Source: Fimbriimonadales bacterium
GTDB taxonomy: Bacteria; Armatimonadota; Fimbriimonadia; Fimbriimonadales; ATM1
Direction: 5' to 3'
Assembly (NCBI GenBank): GCA_051003155.1
Contig: JBPCLO010000030.1
Coordinates: forward strand, 1 to 40,474
Length of the DNA stretch: 40,474 bases
Made by a program: the position numbers and the translations under genes
Shown here: positions 19,475 through 28,800 of the stretch, piece by piece
Layout of the letters: each line of letters begins with the position of its first letter
Numbering within the stretch: the stretch's first letter is position 1
The notes under the pieces: generated by a model
What the model was told of the DNA's origin: nothing
Seen by the model: the letters and a program-made list of their open reading frames with translations, nothing else
Database searches by the model: none

Positions 19475-20530
19475 CTATCCCCGGCGACAACGCACAGCGT
19501 TTGCCAACAACTCGAGAATCGGCTCGGTTTGCTCTATCGAGATGCAGGCGTCCGTGATGCTCTGTCCGTACTTGGCGGTTCCGGGCACAAAGTCCTGCCT
19601 CCCTTCCACCAGGTGGCTCTCGATCATTACGCCGCTGATATCTACCGAGCCTGAAGCAACTTGAGTGGCTACGTCCTGTGCCACGACGGCTTGGCGACTG
19701 TGGTTCTTGAGGCTGTTGCCGTGGCTGCAGTCCACCATCACTGCCGGGGGTAGGCCCAGCTTGCAAAGCTTCTGCGCCACCGCGCCCACGTGCTCTGCGC
19801 TGTAATTCGGGCCGGTTTTGGTACCACCGCGAAGGATTACGTGGCAGCAGTCGTTGCCGGAAGATTGGAAGATCGCCGCGACACCTTCCTTCGTGATCGA
19901 TGGGAACCAATGGGCGCTGCTCGCCGACTGAACCGCCTCTACAGCAACTTGTGCATCGCCGTCCGTCGCATTCTTAAAACCCATCGGCATCGACATGCCC
20001 GATGCCAGTGCACGGTGAACCTGACTTTCGGTTGTGCGCGCCCCGATTGCCCCCCATGAAACGAAGTCGGCGATGTGCTGCGGAAGGTTCGTATCGAGGA
20101 ACTCGGTGCCCGCCGGCAGGCCCAGGTGCGAAATCTCGAAAAGAAGACTGCGCGCGGTTCGAAGCCCCTTGTTTATGCGGTAGGTTTCGTCGAGATCAGG
20201 ATCGTTTATAAGGCCCTTCCAGCCCATGATCGTACGCGGTTTCTCGAAGTAAGCTCGCATTACGACTACGATCTCGCCGCTGAATTTGTCTGCAAGCGCC
20301 TTTAGACGGCCCGCATACTCGATTGCAGCCTCCGAATCGTGAATAGAGCAGGGACCGATAATCGCAAGCAGCTTATCGGATTCTTGTTTGACGATCTGTT
20401 CCACCGATTCGCGGCCTGCTGCGACGACCGCCTTCGTCAATTCGTCCTGGGGAAACTCCTCTACCAAGATCGCGGGAGGCAAAAGGGCCTTCTGGCCCCT
20501 AATCCTGGCATCATCGATGAAGGGCTTCAT
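19475..20530 (-). CDS. aroG: 3-deoxy-7-phosphoheptulonate (DAHP) synthase, class I-alpha
   Basis: GPCSIHD, YFEKPRT, GWKGLINDP, IGARTTESQ.HR, DCSHGNS, YGQSITDACI. The isoenzyme (aroF/G/H) cannot be resolved. Confidence 0.92.
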   Translation of the reverse strand: MKPFIDDARIRGQKALLPPAILVEEFPQDELTKAVVAAGRESVEQIVKQESDKLLAIIGPCSIHDSEAAIEYAGRLKALADKFSGEIVVVMRAYFEKPRTIMGWKGLINDPDLDETYRINKGLRTARSLLFEISHLGLPAGTEFLDTNLPQHIADFVSWGAIGARTTESQVHRALASGMSMPMGFKNATDGDAQVAVEAVQSASSAHWFPSITKEGVAAIFQSSGNDCCHVILRGGTKTGPNYSAEHVGAVAQKLCKLGLPPAVMVDCSHGNSLKNHSRQAVVAQDVATQVASGSVDISGVMIESHLVEGRQDFVPGTAKYGQSITDACISIEQTEPILELLANAVRCRRG

Positions 20531-20535
20531 GGAGC

Positions 20536-20838
20536 TTATCGGCGAAGCTCCTGTGACCTCGTTTCGACTCTCTCAAGCCGATGCTTGATGCCGTCGACGT
20601 TGCTTTGCAGGCTCATCGAGTGCTCGAGCAGTGTAGATTTCAGCGCATCGACTTCCTCTCGCAAGGCCATGATTTCTTTCTGCATGTCGCCTTTGATCTT
20701 GAACTCTTCTTCCTTCGAAAGCTTGTTAGTTTTTCGCAGTGCGCTGGCTTTGAACGTCTCGGCGAGGGTGATCAGAAAAACCATCAAGCCGACGCCCACA
20801 AGGATTTGCACGACGAAGTTACCAAAGAACGAACCCAT
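20536..20838 (-). CDS. Small membrane-anchored coiled-coil protein
   Basis: N-terminal TM followed by heptad-rich helix; translationally coupled within the operon. Confidence 0.7.
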   Translation of the reverse strand: MGSFFGNFVVQILVGVGLMVFLITLAETFKASALRKTNKLSKEEEFKIKGDMQKEIMALREEVDALKSTLLEHSMSLQSNVDGIKHRLERVETRSQELRR

Positions 20839-21389
20839 TACTTGACCACCTGGAGGAGCGAAGCATTTACGATTGCTCCTTCAACGCCTACGCTCCGGAG
20901 CGCTTCTAGGTTTCGGGCGTCATCGGCGATTGCGATAATCGGAATTCCCAAGCGCGTCATTTCCTCGACGCTTCCTACGCTCCCAGTATATATCAACCGG
21001 GGGCAACCGGCGGCCTTCAATCTAGAGGCGGTAGCGGACGAATCCACAGCCGCCGCGCACGCAACTCCCAGCTTCTTGAAGAAATGCGCGGCCGAATGCT
21101 CGGTTTTCGTCAGCCCTCTGTCGAGAACCACACGGCTTATCCCCAAACCCAGCATCAGTTCGGCCGTATGGACCAAATCTAAACCGCCGTGAAACTGTAC
21201 CGGGATGTCCACAACCCCGATGACTCTGTGGACGGATTCCACGTTTTGCGGAGCGCCTGCGTTCTCAGCATCAAGATCGACGACGTGCAACCAGTCCGCG
21301 CCCGCGTTTTGCAGTTCGAGCGCAGCGTATTCAGGATTTGCGTCGGACGCCTTGCCCTGGCAGAGCTGCATCGCGCCGTAAAGGAGCAT
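20838..21389 (-). CDS. Shortened, degenerate HisA-like TIM-barrel protein
   Basis: GADWLHVVDLD, IPVQFHGG, GVEGAIV; follows hisB. ATG at 21389. Confidence 0.75.
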   Translation of the reverse strand: MLLYGAMQLCQGKASDANPEYAALELQNAGADWLHVVDLDAENAGAPQNVESVHRVIGVVDIPVQFHGGLDLVHTAELMLGLGISRVVLDRGLTKTEHSAAHFFKKLGVACAAAVDSSATASRLKAAGCPRLIYTGSVGSVEEMTRLGIPIIAIADDARNLEALRSVGVEGAIVNASLLQVVK

Positions 21390-21394
21390 TGACT

Positions 21395-21997
21395 TTAGTC
21401 GATCAAGCCCTTCTTGCTGCCGCCGTGCGCGTCGACCTTCGCGACAGCCCTCCTGAGCGAACGCCCGAACGCCTTGAAAACTGCCTCGCAAATGTGGTGA
21501 TTGTTGTGCCCGGCCAGTTGGTGGATATGGATCGTCATCCCAGCGTGATCCGCAATTGCTTTGAAGAACTGCTCGACGCTCTCGGAACTCATCTCGCTGA
21601 TCTTCTCGTTTGTAAATGTCACGTCGAAATTGACGAACGGGCGTCCGGAGAGATCGATGACGATGCGGGCCAGAGCCTCGTCCATTGGCGCGTGCTCAGT
21701 GCCGTAGCGGTTGATGCCTTGGCCGTCACCGATTGCCTGGCGAACAGCTCCGCCTAAGCAGGTGCCGACGTCTTCCAAAGTGTGGTGATCGTCTACTCCG
21801 AAGTCTCCCTCGACGGTAATGCCCAAATCGAACCCGCCGTGGTAGGCGAAAAGGGTGAGCATATGGTCGAAATAGCCGACCCGGGTTTCGATCGTCGCCC
21901 GCCTCTCGCCGTCCAAATCTAGAACAACGCGAACGCGGTTGTCATATGTTTCGCGTTCCATTTCGGCGTACCTGACGCCTGGCGTCTCTTTGCTCAC
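21395..21997 (-). CDS. hisB: Imidazoleglycerol-phosphate dehydratase
   Basis: FDHML, DDHHTLED, PMDEAL, NNHHICEAVFKAFG. Confidence 0.93.
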   Translation of the reverse strand: MSKETPGVRYAEMERETYDNRVRVVLDLDGERRATIETRVGYFDHMLTLFAYHGGFDLGITVEGDFGVDDHHTLEDVGTCLGGAVRQAIGDGQGINRYGTEHAPMDEALARIVIDLSGRPFVNFDVTFTNEKISEMSSESVEQFFKAIADHAGMTIHIHQLAGHNNHHICEAVFKAFGRSLRRAVAKVDAHGGSKKGLID

Positions 21998-22404
21998 ATC
22001 TTCTCTCCTGGAAACCAGACTTTCAGCTCGCGCTCGGCAGACTCTGGATCTGCGCTGCCGTGCACGACATTCTCTTCAATGGATAGCGCGAAATCGCCGC
22101 GGATGGTTCCGCCGGCGGCTTCGGCGGGGTTGGTCGCGCCCATCATCGAACGGCACGCCTTAACGGCGTTCGGTCCTTCTACTGCAACGACCGCAATCGG
22201 CCCGGAGGTCAAATAATCGACCACGTCATTGAAGAAGGGCCGCTCGCGATGCTCGGCGTAGTGGTCCTGGACCGTTGCGGCCTGGGCGTTGATGAGCTGC
22301 AATTCGGCGATCCGGAGGCCCCGCGCTTCGAAACGCCCGATGACTTCTCCGATGAGGCCGCGCCTCACACCATCCGGTTTGACAATAATTAATGTGCGTT
22401 CCAT
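21994..22404 (-). CDS. ndk: Nucleoside diphosphate kinase
   Basis: MERTLIIVKPDGV, HYAEH.ERPFF, GTIRGDF, NVVHGS. Start at ATG 22404. Confidence 0.97.
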   Translation of the reverse strand: MERTLIIVKPDGVRRGLIGEVIGRFEARGLRIAELQLINAQAATVQDHYAEHRERPFFNDVVDYLTSGPIAVVAVEGPNAVKACRSMMGATNPAEAAGGTIRGDFALSIEENVVHGSADPESAERELKVWFPGEKM

Positions 22405-22453
22405 TTCGGGCTGCAAGGATACCCCTGGGCGCGGGTTGGCCATAATCTTGGAT

Positions 22454-23707
22454 ATGGATGACGGCTCGTTTAGGAGCACCGTGCAGAAGTACAAGGATCA
22501 TGTGAACCCGGGTCTTGCGAAGCTTCTATCGTTTGCCGGCTACGGTGTCGAAGACCACGCCGAAGGGTGCTACATCTACGACCATACGGGGAGACGTTTT
22601 TTGGATTGTTTGGGCGGCTACGGAGTTTTTAGCCTCGGCCACAGGCATCCGAAGGTTGTGGAAGCCGCAAAGAAGGCCCTTGATACCATGCCGTTGTCGT
22701 CAAAAGTTTTCTTTGGGCGCGCTTATGCGGATTTGGCCGAGAAACTTGCGCAAATCGTTCCAGGAATGCAGTTCACTTTCATGTGCAATAGTGGTACTGA
22801 AGCGGTCGAGGGTGCGCTCAAGGCGGCGAAAATGTTCGATCATCGGCCCAAAGTCATTTCGACCATAGGAGGGTTTCACGGCAAGAGCATGGGCTCACTG
22901 TCAGCAACCGGCAAGGACAAATACCGCGAACCGTTCTATCCGCTCATTCCACAGTTCGACTTTGTGCCATTCAATGATGTGGGTGCCTTGGCCACAGCCG
23001 TAGACGATCACACTGCGGCGGTCATCGTCGAGCCTGTCCAGGGCGAGGGCGGGATCCACGTGCCTGCGGCCGACTATCTGCCGCAAGTCAAGGAGATTTG
23101 CGAGCGGCATGGGGCACTGTTAATCCTCGATGAAGTGCAGACCGGCTTCGGGCGGACCGGCAAGATGTTCGGAATGGAGCACTCGGGCGTGACCGCCGAC
23201 ATCGTCACACTGGCCAAGTCGCTCGGCGGTGGGGTGGTGCCGGCGGGAGCGTTTATGGGAACCCCCGAGGTTTGGGAGCGCGCGTTCGGCGAGAATCCGC
23301 TGCTCCACACGAGTACCTTCGGCGGTAATCCACTCGCGTGCTCGGTAGCGCTGGCTATGATCGAAGTGACCGAAGAGGAGGGTCTCGCGGAGAATTCACG
23401 CGTTGTAGGCGACCACCTAATTGCGGGCCTGCGCGAGATACAGAAAGCATTTCCGCAAGTGGCCGCCGAGGTTCGGGGGGTCGGACTGATGATCGGAGTG
23501 GAATTTGCGATGGACGACATCGGGGAACTGTGCATCGCGTCCATGGTGAAAAGAGACGTCGTTGCGGCATACACGCTCAATAATCCGCGCGTAATTCGCT
23601 TCGAGCCGCCGCTGATCATGACCGTCGACCAGGCGGACACCGTTGTCGATGTGTTTAGGGAGTCGGTACAGGAAACGAGCGAACTGCTCGCCGCGGTGCT
23701 CGGGTGA
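22454..23707 (+). CDS. Class III PLP aminotransferase (putrescine/acetylornithine type)
   Basis: DCLGGYG, NSGTEAVE, FHGK, EPVQGEGG, DEVQTGFGRTG, LAKSLGGG, STFGGNP. Confidence 0.92.
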   Translation: MDDGSFRSTVQKYKDHVNPGLAKLLSFAGYGVEDHAEGCYIYDHTGRRFLDCLGGYGVFSLGHRHPKVVEAAKKALDTMPLSSKVFFGRAYADLAEKLAQIVPGMQFTFMCNSGTEAVEGALKAAKMFDHRPKVISTIGGFHGKSMGSLSATGKDKYREPFYPLIPQFDFVPFNDVGALATAVDDHTAAVIVEPVQGEGGIHVPAADYLPQVKEICERHGALLILDEVQTGFGRTGKMFGMEHSGVTADIVTLAKSLGGGVVPAGAFMGTPEVWERAFGENPLLHTSTFGGNPLACSVALAMIEVTEEEGLAENSRVVGDHLIAGLREIQKAFPQVAAEVRGVGLMIGVEFAMDDIGELCIASMVKRDVVAAYTLNNPRVIRFEPPLIMTVDQADTVVDVFRESVQETSELLAAVLG

Positions 23708-24471
23708 AAGTGAGCTTCGACGAAATATACGCTTCGATCGAAGGGACGAACCTTCGATACAACGCTGTTCTTCCGGATTCCACTGAGTTGGTGGCCGCTG
23801 TAGTTTGTATACACGGTGGCGGTTGGGTTAGCGGTGACCGAAGCGATGTGAGCGAGGTGGCACGCTACTTCGCAGATCACGGGTACGCGGCCTTTAGCCC
23901 GCAGTACCGTCTCGCGCCACTTCATGCATACCCTGCAGCCATCGAGGACTGCCGGAGATTTTTGGCCTTTGTTAGAGAAAACAGCGATAAATTGCGAGTT
24001 CGCTCGAACGCAATTGGTGTCATTGGAAACAGCGCGGGAGGCCATCTTTCAGCGTTGCTCGGGACGTCAACGGACTCACGAGAAAAGGCCGACGCGGTTG
24101 TGAACATTTCCGGACTTGCCGACTTAACGGACCCGAACAAGCACCATCCGCAGATTTCGTGGGATTTTATCGGCCAGTTTATGGGCGCCCCTTTCGCTCA
24201 AAGTTCCGCAGCGTGGATCGAAGCAAGCCCTCTTTACCAGATTATGCCAAGCACCTCGCCGATGCTGATTATTCACGGCTCGGACGACGATGTCGTTTGG
24301 CCAGATCAAAGCAAACGGCTCAAAGAAGCCCTCGATAATGCCGGCGTGGAGAATGAACTGATCATTTTGGAGGGAGAGGGGCATAGTTTTTCCATGCAGA
24401 GCTTCGAAACAATTTTAGACCGCGCCCTTGGATTCTTCGATGCGAGGTTACGTGCAGGAGCATTAAAATGA
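23704..24471 (+). CDS. Alpha/beta hydrolase (HSL-like esterase)
   Basis: HGGGW, YRLAP, GNSAGG, HGSDD, GH. Confidence 0.92.
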   Translation: MKVSFDEIYASIEGTNLRYNAVLPDSTELVAAVVCIHGGGWVSGDRSDVSEVARYFADHGYAAFSPQYRLAPLHAYPAAIEDCRRFLAFVRENSDKLRVRSNAIGVIGNSAGGHLSALLGTSTDSREKADAVVNISGLADLTDPNKHHPQISWDFIGQFMGAPFAQSSAAWIEASPLYQIMPSTSPMLIIHGSDDDVVWPDQSKRLKEALDNAGVENELIILEGEGHSFSMQSFETILDRALGFFDARLRAGALK

Positions 24472-25505
24472 TCGTTGACCTTAGAAGTGACACTGTTACC
24501 CGGCCGACTCAGGCAATGTACGACGCCATGACGCGAGCGGAGTTGGGCGACGATGTGTTGGGGGACGACCCGACCGTTATCGAGCTGGAGGGACTCGCAG
24601 CTGCGAAAGTGGGCAAGGAAGCCGCCCTATTCGTGCCTAGCGGCACCATGGGGAACCAGGTCGCCGTTCGCACCTGGATAAAGCCGGGAGAGGCGATGAT
24701 CCTTGAGCAGGATTCACATATTCAGTTCTACGAATCGGGCGGTATTTCGGCCCACGCCGGCGCGATGACCTGGACGCTACCCTCCATAAACGGCGTCATG
24801 GAACCAGCGGACGTTCGGGGCAGAGTGACCGCAGGAAACATCCATACTCCGGCAACGAAACTGCTGTGTCTCGAAAATACTCACAATCGTGCAGGTGGAA
24901 CAACGATTCCGCTTGAAATCATGGCAGAATTTCGGAGTATCGCCGACGAAAACGGCATGAAAGTCCATCTGGACGGCGCCCGAATCTTTAATGCCGCCAC
25001 TTATCTGGGCGTTCTAGCTGCGGAAATAGCGAAATACGCCGACTCGGTCATGTTTTGCTTGAGTAAAGGGCTGTCTTGCCCAGTCGGCTCCCTGATCGCC
25101 GGACCTGCCGACTTCATCGAAAAGGCGCGATGGAATAGAAAGCGGCTGGGCGGAGGCTTGCGCCAGGCGGGTGTCCTCGCGGCGTGCGGAATTTATGCCT
25201 TGGATAATTTGGTCGATCGGCTTGCCGACGATCACCGTCGGGCAAGAGAATTCGCCGAGCATCTAAGCACGATTCCTGGAATTTCGGTGGACATGTCCGG
25301 CCAGCAAACGAACATCGTCGGCGCAACGACCGATGGCGCTGCCGCCGAATGGCAATCATCTTTGGCAGAAGGTGGAGTCCGCTGCTTCGCAACTGGGCCG
25401 AACCGTCTGCGTTTCGTGTTCCACCGGGAGATCGACGAAGAGGGTCTTGCGCGAGCAAAAGAAGCCGTTAGTGCAATTCGGAAAGAGCTTTCTTCAGCGT
25501 ATTGA
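24468..25505 (+). CDS. ltaE: Low-specificity L-threonine aldolase
   Basis: DLRSDTVT.P, SGTMGN, LENTHN, HLDGARIFNA, CLSKGL. Confidence 0.93.
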   Translation: MIVDLRSDTVTRPTQAMYDAMTRAELGDDVLGDDPTVIELEGLAAAKVGKEAALFVPSGTMGNQVAVRTWIKPGEAMILEQDSHIQFYESGGISAHAGAMTWTLPSINGVMEPADVRGRVTAGNIHTPATKLLCLENTHNRAGGTTIPLEIMAEFRSIADENGMKVHLDGARIFNAATYLGVLAAEIAKYADSVMFCLSKGLSCPVGSLIAGPADFIEKARWNRKRLGGGLRQAGVLAACGIYALDNLVDRLADDHRRAREFAEHLSTIPGISVDMSGQQTNIVGATTDGAAAEWQSSLAEGGVRCFATGPNRLRFVFHREIDEEGLARAKEAVSAIRKELSSAY

Positions 25506-26526
25506 TCGAGTCGATCGCTTCGGGGTCGATCCCATAGAGTGCGGCCATATAGAGGCTCACAAAATCGCCGAAAGACGTGAGCGTGAGCATTTGCGTCAAT
25601 AGCGAGCTGCCTTCTGCACGGACAACGTGCGCTTCACCCTTTCCGCAGAAAATTTCTTGTGTAACGCGTGAGCGCTCCTGCATTCGTTTCGATTCGTCGC
25701 CATTTTCCAAGATAACCGTTGCCCATTTCGAAACGCCTTGCCTATCTGCGAGCGACCACCCCATGATTTCATTGTGGTTCAGCTCAGGAAAAGTGTTCGC
25801 AAACGCCATCGTTTTAGAATTCTCGTTTATTTGTGATTTCCACCGGTTCGCCACAATTCCCTGCCACGGGCCCAGCCCGTAAATGAGCGGAACTGTCTCG
25901 AACAGCTTGCCGGCGAGCACTTTGGCAGGGTTGGCCCGCGCCTGGACACCCCACCGTTCCACGCAAGAATCGAGCATTTCGAATGCCGCCTCGAACTCTA
26001 ATGCCGGCAAAAAGCCGAGACGAACACAAGCAACAGCGGGCGGAACAAACAAAAAGCCGAGCGCGGTCCTCGGAGGCTGCCCTGCCGGAACCTTGATCAC
26101 CGGAAAACCCTTTTTGGCGCCGATCTCAACTAGCGCCCCGCCCGAAGTCACGGCCAGAATCTTGCAGCCGCGCCCGAGGGCCTGAGCCGTGGTTGTCAGC
26201 GTTTCCTCCGTGTTGCCACTGTAGCTGCACGCGATCACCAGCGTTCGTTCGTTCACGAAGGCTGGCAGATCGTAGTCCCGCAAAACAAAGCAGGGCGTCT
26301 TCGAAAACGCTTCGAAGAGCGCCCGCAGAAAGTCGCCTCCCGCCGCAGACCCGCCCACACCGGCAACGACGACCTGGTCGCAACTGGCCAAAGAATCGTT
26401 AAGCGGGGCGGAGGTGGCAATAGAAAGGCCTCTCCGGCATTGATCCGGAAAGCCCATCGTCAGGCCCATCATTCCCTTAGGGTCGTTCCGCAGAACGAAC
26501 GCCGGGTCGTCGAGCCGGTCGGGCAT
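25468..26526 (-). CDS. Bifunctional phosphoglucose/phosphomannose isomerase
   Basis: GVGGSA, SYSGNTEET, PPRTA, RWKSQINENSK, PELNHNE. Confidence 0.92.
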   Translation of the reverse strand: MPDRLDDPAFVLRNDPKGMMGLTMGFPDQCRRGLSIATSAPLNDSLASCDQVVVAGVGGSAAGGDFLRALFEAFSKTPCFVLRDYDLPAFVNERTLVIACSYSGNTEETLTTTAQALGRGCKILAVTSGGALVEIGAKKGFPVIKVPAGQPPRTALGFLFVPPAVACVRLGFLPALEFEAAFEMLDSCVERWGVQARANPAKVLAGKLFETVPLIYGLGPWQGIVANRWKSQINENSKTMAFANTFPELNHNEIMGWSLADRQGVSKWATVILENGDESKRMQERSRVTQEIFCGKGEAHVVRAEGSSLLTQMLTLTSFGDFVSLYMAALYGIDPEAIDSINTLKKALSELH

Positions 26527-26957
26527 TACTCCTCCCCGAACGGGTCGTAGTCGCCTTCGGAAACCTCAGCCGGTTCAGTTGACGCCGTAGGCGCTCCGAC
26601 GACGGCAGGCTGGCCGCCAGCGTCGTCGCGCGGACGATCGAGAAGCACAACATTGTCGGCGACGATCTCGAATGTGTTTACCTCGACGCCATCCTTGTTG
26701 GTGTACTTTCGAGTCTGCAAGCGACCTTGCACACCGATCATTCGCCCCTTGCTTGCATAGTTGGCCACAAACTCGGCGGTTTGGTTCCAAGCCGTGACAT
26801 TAAAGAAATCGGCGTCCTTCTCGTTCGGGTCCTGCGGCTTGAACCTCTTTTCTACCGCGATGCCAAAGCCGACAACCTGCTTGCCCGTGGTTGTCGTCCG
26901 GAGTTCCGGGTCGCGCGTCAGGCGGCCTGTCATAGTAACGCTGTTTATCGAACTCAT
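26526..26957 (-). CDS. ssb: Single-stranded DNA-binding protein
   Basis: GRLTRDPELR, ADFF, GRLQTRKY, acidic DPF tail. Confidence 0.96.
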   Translation of the reverse strand: MSSINSVTMTGRLTRDPELRTTTTGKQVVGFGIAVEKRFKPQDPNEKDADFFNVTAWNQTAEFVANYASKGRMIGVQGRLQTRKYTNKDGVEVNTFEIVADNVVLLDRPRDDAGGQPAVVGAPTASTEPAEVSEGDYDPFGEE

Positions 26958-27253
26958 GATTTCTCCTCCCGCAGGTAAATCCTGCCACGGACTACTTCGT
27001 CGTTGATGCGAAAGAGCCTACTAAGCTCCGCTGGAACTTTTGCGGGCGCGGAAAACTGAAGTAGACAATAGTTGCCCTCGGAGTGCCCTTTGATGGGGTA
27101 GGACAGCTTGCGCTTGTCCCACTTCTCGGCCTTCTCGACGGTTCCGCCCTGCTCCTCGATAAACTTCTTGTACTTTTCGACGTTCTTGCCGACGGCTTCG
27201 TCGTCGAGGTTGGCGGGCACGATGTATAGGGCTTCGTATGCTCTGGTGTTCAA
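26954..27253 (-). CDS. rpsF: 30S ribosomal protein S6
   Basis: YEALYIV.., W.KRKLSYPI, GNY, RINDEVVR; TTG start at 27253 with GGAGG RBS. Confidence 0.93.
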   Translation of the reverse strand: MNTRAYEALYIVPANLDDEAVGKNVEKYKKFIEEQGGTVEKAEKWDKRKLSYPIKGHSEGNYCLLQFSAPAKVPAELSRLFRINDEVVRGRIYLREEKS

Positions 27254-27258
27254 ATAAT

Positions 27259-27302
27259 CCTCCCTATGGTCACTCGGTTCCGCAAAAAACGGAACAGAGA
27301 GG
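27259..27302 (-). promoter_or_regulatory. S6:S18-type ribosomal protein leader
   Basis: Minus strand reads CCUCUCU-GUUCCG-UUUUUUG-CGGAAC-CGAGUGACCAU-AGGGAGG: an outer stem sequesters the SD, with an inner hairpin and CCG at its 3' junction. Confidence 0.65.
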
Positions 27303-27358
27303 CATGGTCTATTGGAGGCGAAGTATACCCTGCCGGGGGTAGACTCCACTCTCCGCGT

Positions 27359-27433
27359 TGCCGCATAGCTCAGTGGTAGAGCAGCTGACTGTTAATCAGC
27401 GGGTCGTAGGTTCGAGTCCTACTGCGGCAGCCA
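27359..27433 (+). tRNA. tRNA-Asn (GTT)
   Basis: Acceptor TGCCGCA/TGCGGCA, D arm GCTC..GAGC, anticodon arm GCTGA-CTGTTAA-TCAGC, T loop TTCGAGT, discriminator G, encoded CCA. Confidence 0.97.
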
Positions 27434-27456
27434 TGATTTTGAGCTCAAATTGAACG

Positions 27457-27488
27457 AAAAAGCGCCATCGGAGGAGATGGCGCCTTCT
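27457..27488. terminator. Probably bidirectional terminator between tRNA and xis
   Basis: A-run, then gcgccatc-ggagga-gatggcgc hairpin, then cttct. Confidence 0.6.
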
Positions 27489-27510
27489 CATTCGGCAGTT
27501 TATTTGCAGT

Positions 27511-27750
27511 TTATTCATTGTCTTTTAGGACGAAAGCGCCGTACTTGGCGACCTCCGCCCAGCTGCGGGCCAGCTCCGTGACCTCGTGATCACTCAGAAA
27601 TGCCTTGATCTGCTCTGCCGTGATGCGGCGAGACCGGCCGAACTTGACCGACTGAATGCGTCCCGCATGGATTAGTTCATACAGATGCGAGCGCGATATC
27701 GAGAGTAGGTTCGCCGCTTCTGCCACTGTGTAGGCGAGTTTCGAGCTCAT
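27511..27750 (-). CDS. Excisionase-like HTH DNA-binding protein
   Basis: AYTVAEAANLLSISRSHLYELIHAGRIQSVKFGRSRRI is a typical HTH_17/Xis pattern. Confidence 0.9.
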   Translation of the reverse strand: MSSKLAYTVAEAANLLSISRSHLYELIHAGRIQSVKFGRSRRITAEQIKAFLSDHEVTELARSWAEVAKYGAFVLKDNE

Positions 27751-28118
27751 AGAAGCCTCCCGCGCACAAACCGCCGCTTGACGTTCGGAACATTGACGAC
27801 CTCGTGTCCCATACTCAAGCCAAAGAACTTACGTTCGACAAGTTGGTGATCGTCAACTCGTTCAACGATCTCGACTTCATAGCCGCCGTAGCCCATCATG
27901 CCGGCGAAGACTAGGGCGCCGATCTCGGGATCAGTCTGCGCGACAATTTGAAGGACGCGCATCCCTTCGCGAGCCTTCTCCTGGGCAAGCGCCAAGTCGC
28001 CGCCGCTTACAGCTTCTTCACTCTGGTCGAGTAAGTTCTGTGCTCGTTGGATTTGTTGATGCAGCGAGTTCGGCAGTGATAGTAGTAGTTGTTGTTGATT
28101 CTGATTCTGATTTGCCAT
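27747..28118 (-). CDS. Hypothetical protein in mobilization operon
   Basis: 4-nt overlap with xis and 4-nt gap to the relaxase; no recognised motif. Confidence 0.7.
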   Translation of the reverse strand: MANQNQNQQQLLLSLPNSLHQQIQRAQNLLDQSEEAVSGGDLALAQEKAREGMRVLQIVAQTDPEIGALVFAGMMGYGGYEVEIVERVDDHQLVERKFFGLSMGHEVVNVPNVKRRFVRGRLL

Positions 28119-28122
28119 TGAG

Positions 28123-28800
28123 TTAACTCCATTGGGGGATTGGGGTCGCGCCCACCTCAGCGAAGGTCTTGACTAAGTATTCAAAGCCAGCGTCTGGAGG
28201 CAATGCGCGACGTAAGTGACTAGCCCGGAGATGTCCGGTGGTGACCGTCAAAAGTTTGAAATTCGGGAACCCGTATAAGCTTTCGCATTGATCGGAAGTT
28301 GCGAGCGCGTGGTATGCGAGCAGTTTTTCTTTGAACCTCGGTAAACCGGCATGCCCCATGTCGACCTCGATGAAGATCGGCGAGCGAGCCAGGAACAATC
28401 CATCCGGCCGGACCTCGCGGCCATCAATGTCCGACAGCTTTCGCCATAATTGCTGCTCGAAACGCCAAGCGCCCTCGCCCTTTTTTATTAATGCTAGGCG
28501 GACATTCGTAACTTGAAGAGCGTGCTGGATGAAACGCGGTGACGATGTCCTGCCCTGAATCAGCGGCGCGATTGATTCGCCGACAACCTCGGCGGCGCGC
28601 TTGGTCGCCATGTAGAGGCTTTGTCCGAAGAACGGCGTATCCAAACGGGCGATCAACCCGATTGAAGTTAGTTCTCGTAACCGAGTATTCACCCTCGTAA
28701 TCGAATTGAAGTAGTCGAGTCGAAGAATTTGGTCCCTTGAGAGAACGTGACTAAGGGCAATATCGCTAACAACGCCGATGTCGCGGCGGGTCACTCTCAT
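28123..28800 (-). CDS. Replication-relaxation family protein (Replic_Relax-type putative relaxase)
   Basis: N-terminal wHTH (TRRD..LSRDQI..RL..L..GLI), H.L.V..VR, RPDG and FIEVDMG nuclease-fold motifs; coupled to a VirD4-like gene. Confidence 0.82.
   Translation of the reverse strand: MRVTRRDIGVVSDIALSHVLSRDQILRLDYFNSITRVNTRLRELTSIGLIARLDTPFFGQSLYMATKRAAEVVGESIAPLIQGRTSSPRFIQHALQVTNVRLALIKKGEGAWRFEQQLWRKLSDIDGREVRPDGLFLARSPIFIEVDMGHAGLPRFKEKLLAYHALATSDQCESLYGFPNFKLLTVTTGHLRASHLRRALPPDAGFEYLVKTFAEVGATPIPQWS

Noticed and set aside
23074..24045. 323-aa minus-strand ORF
   Set aside because: Antisense to the well-supported aminotransferase and esterase genes.
27438..27449. 12-bp palindrome tttgagctcaaa right after the tRNA
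   Set aside because: Could be an att-arm site, but a single short palindrome is not distinguishable from chance.
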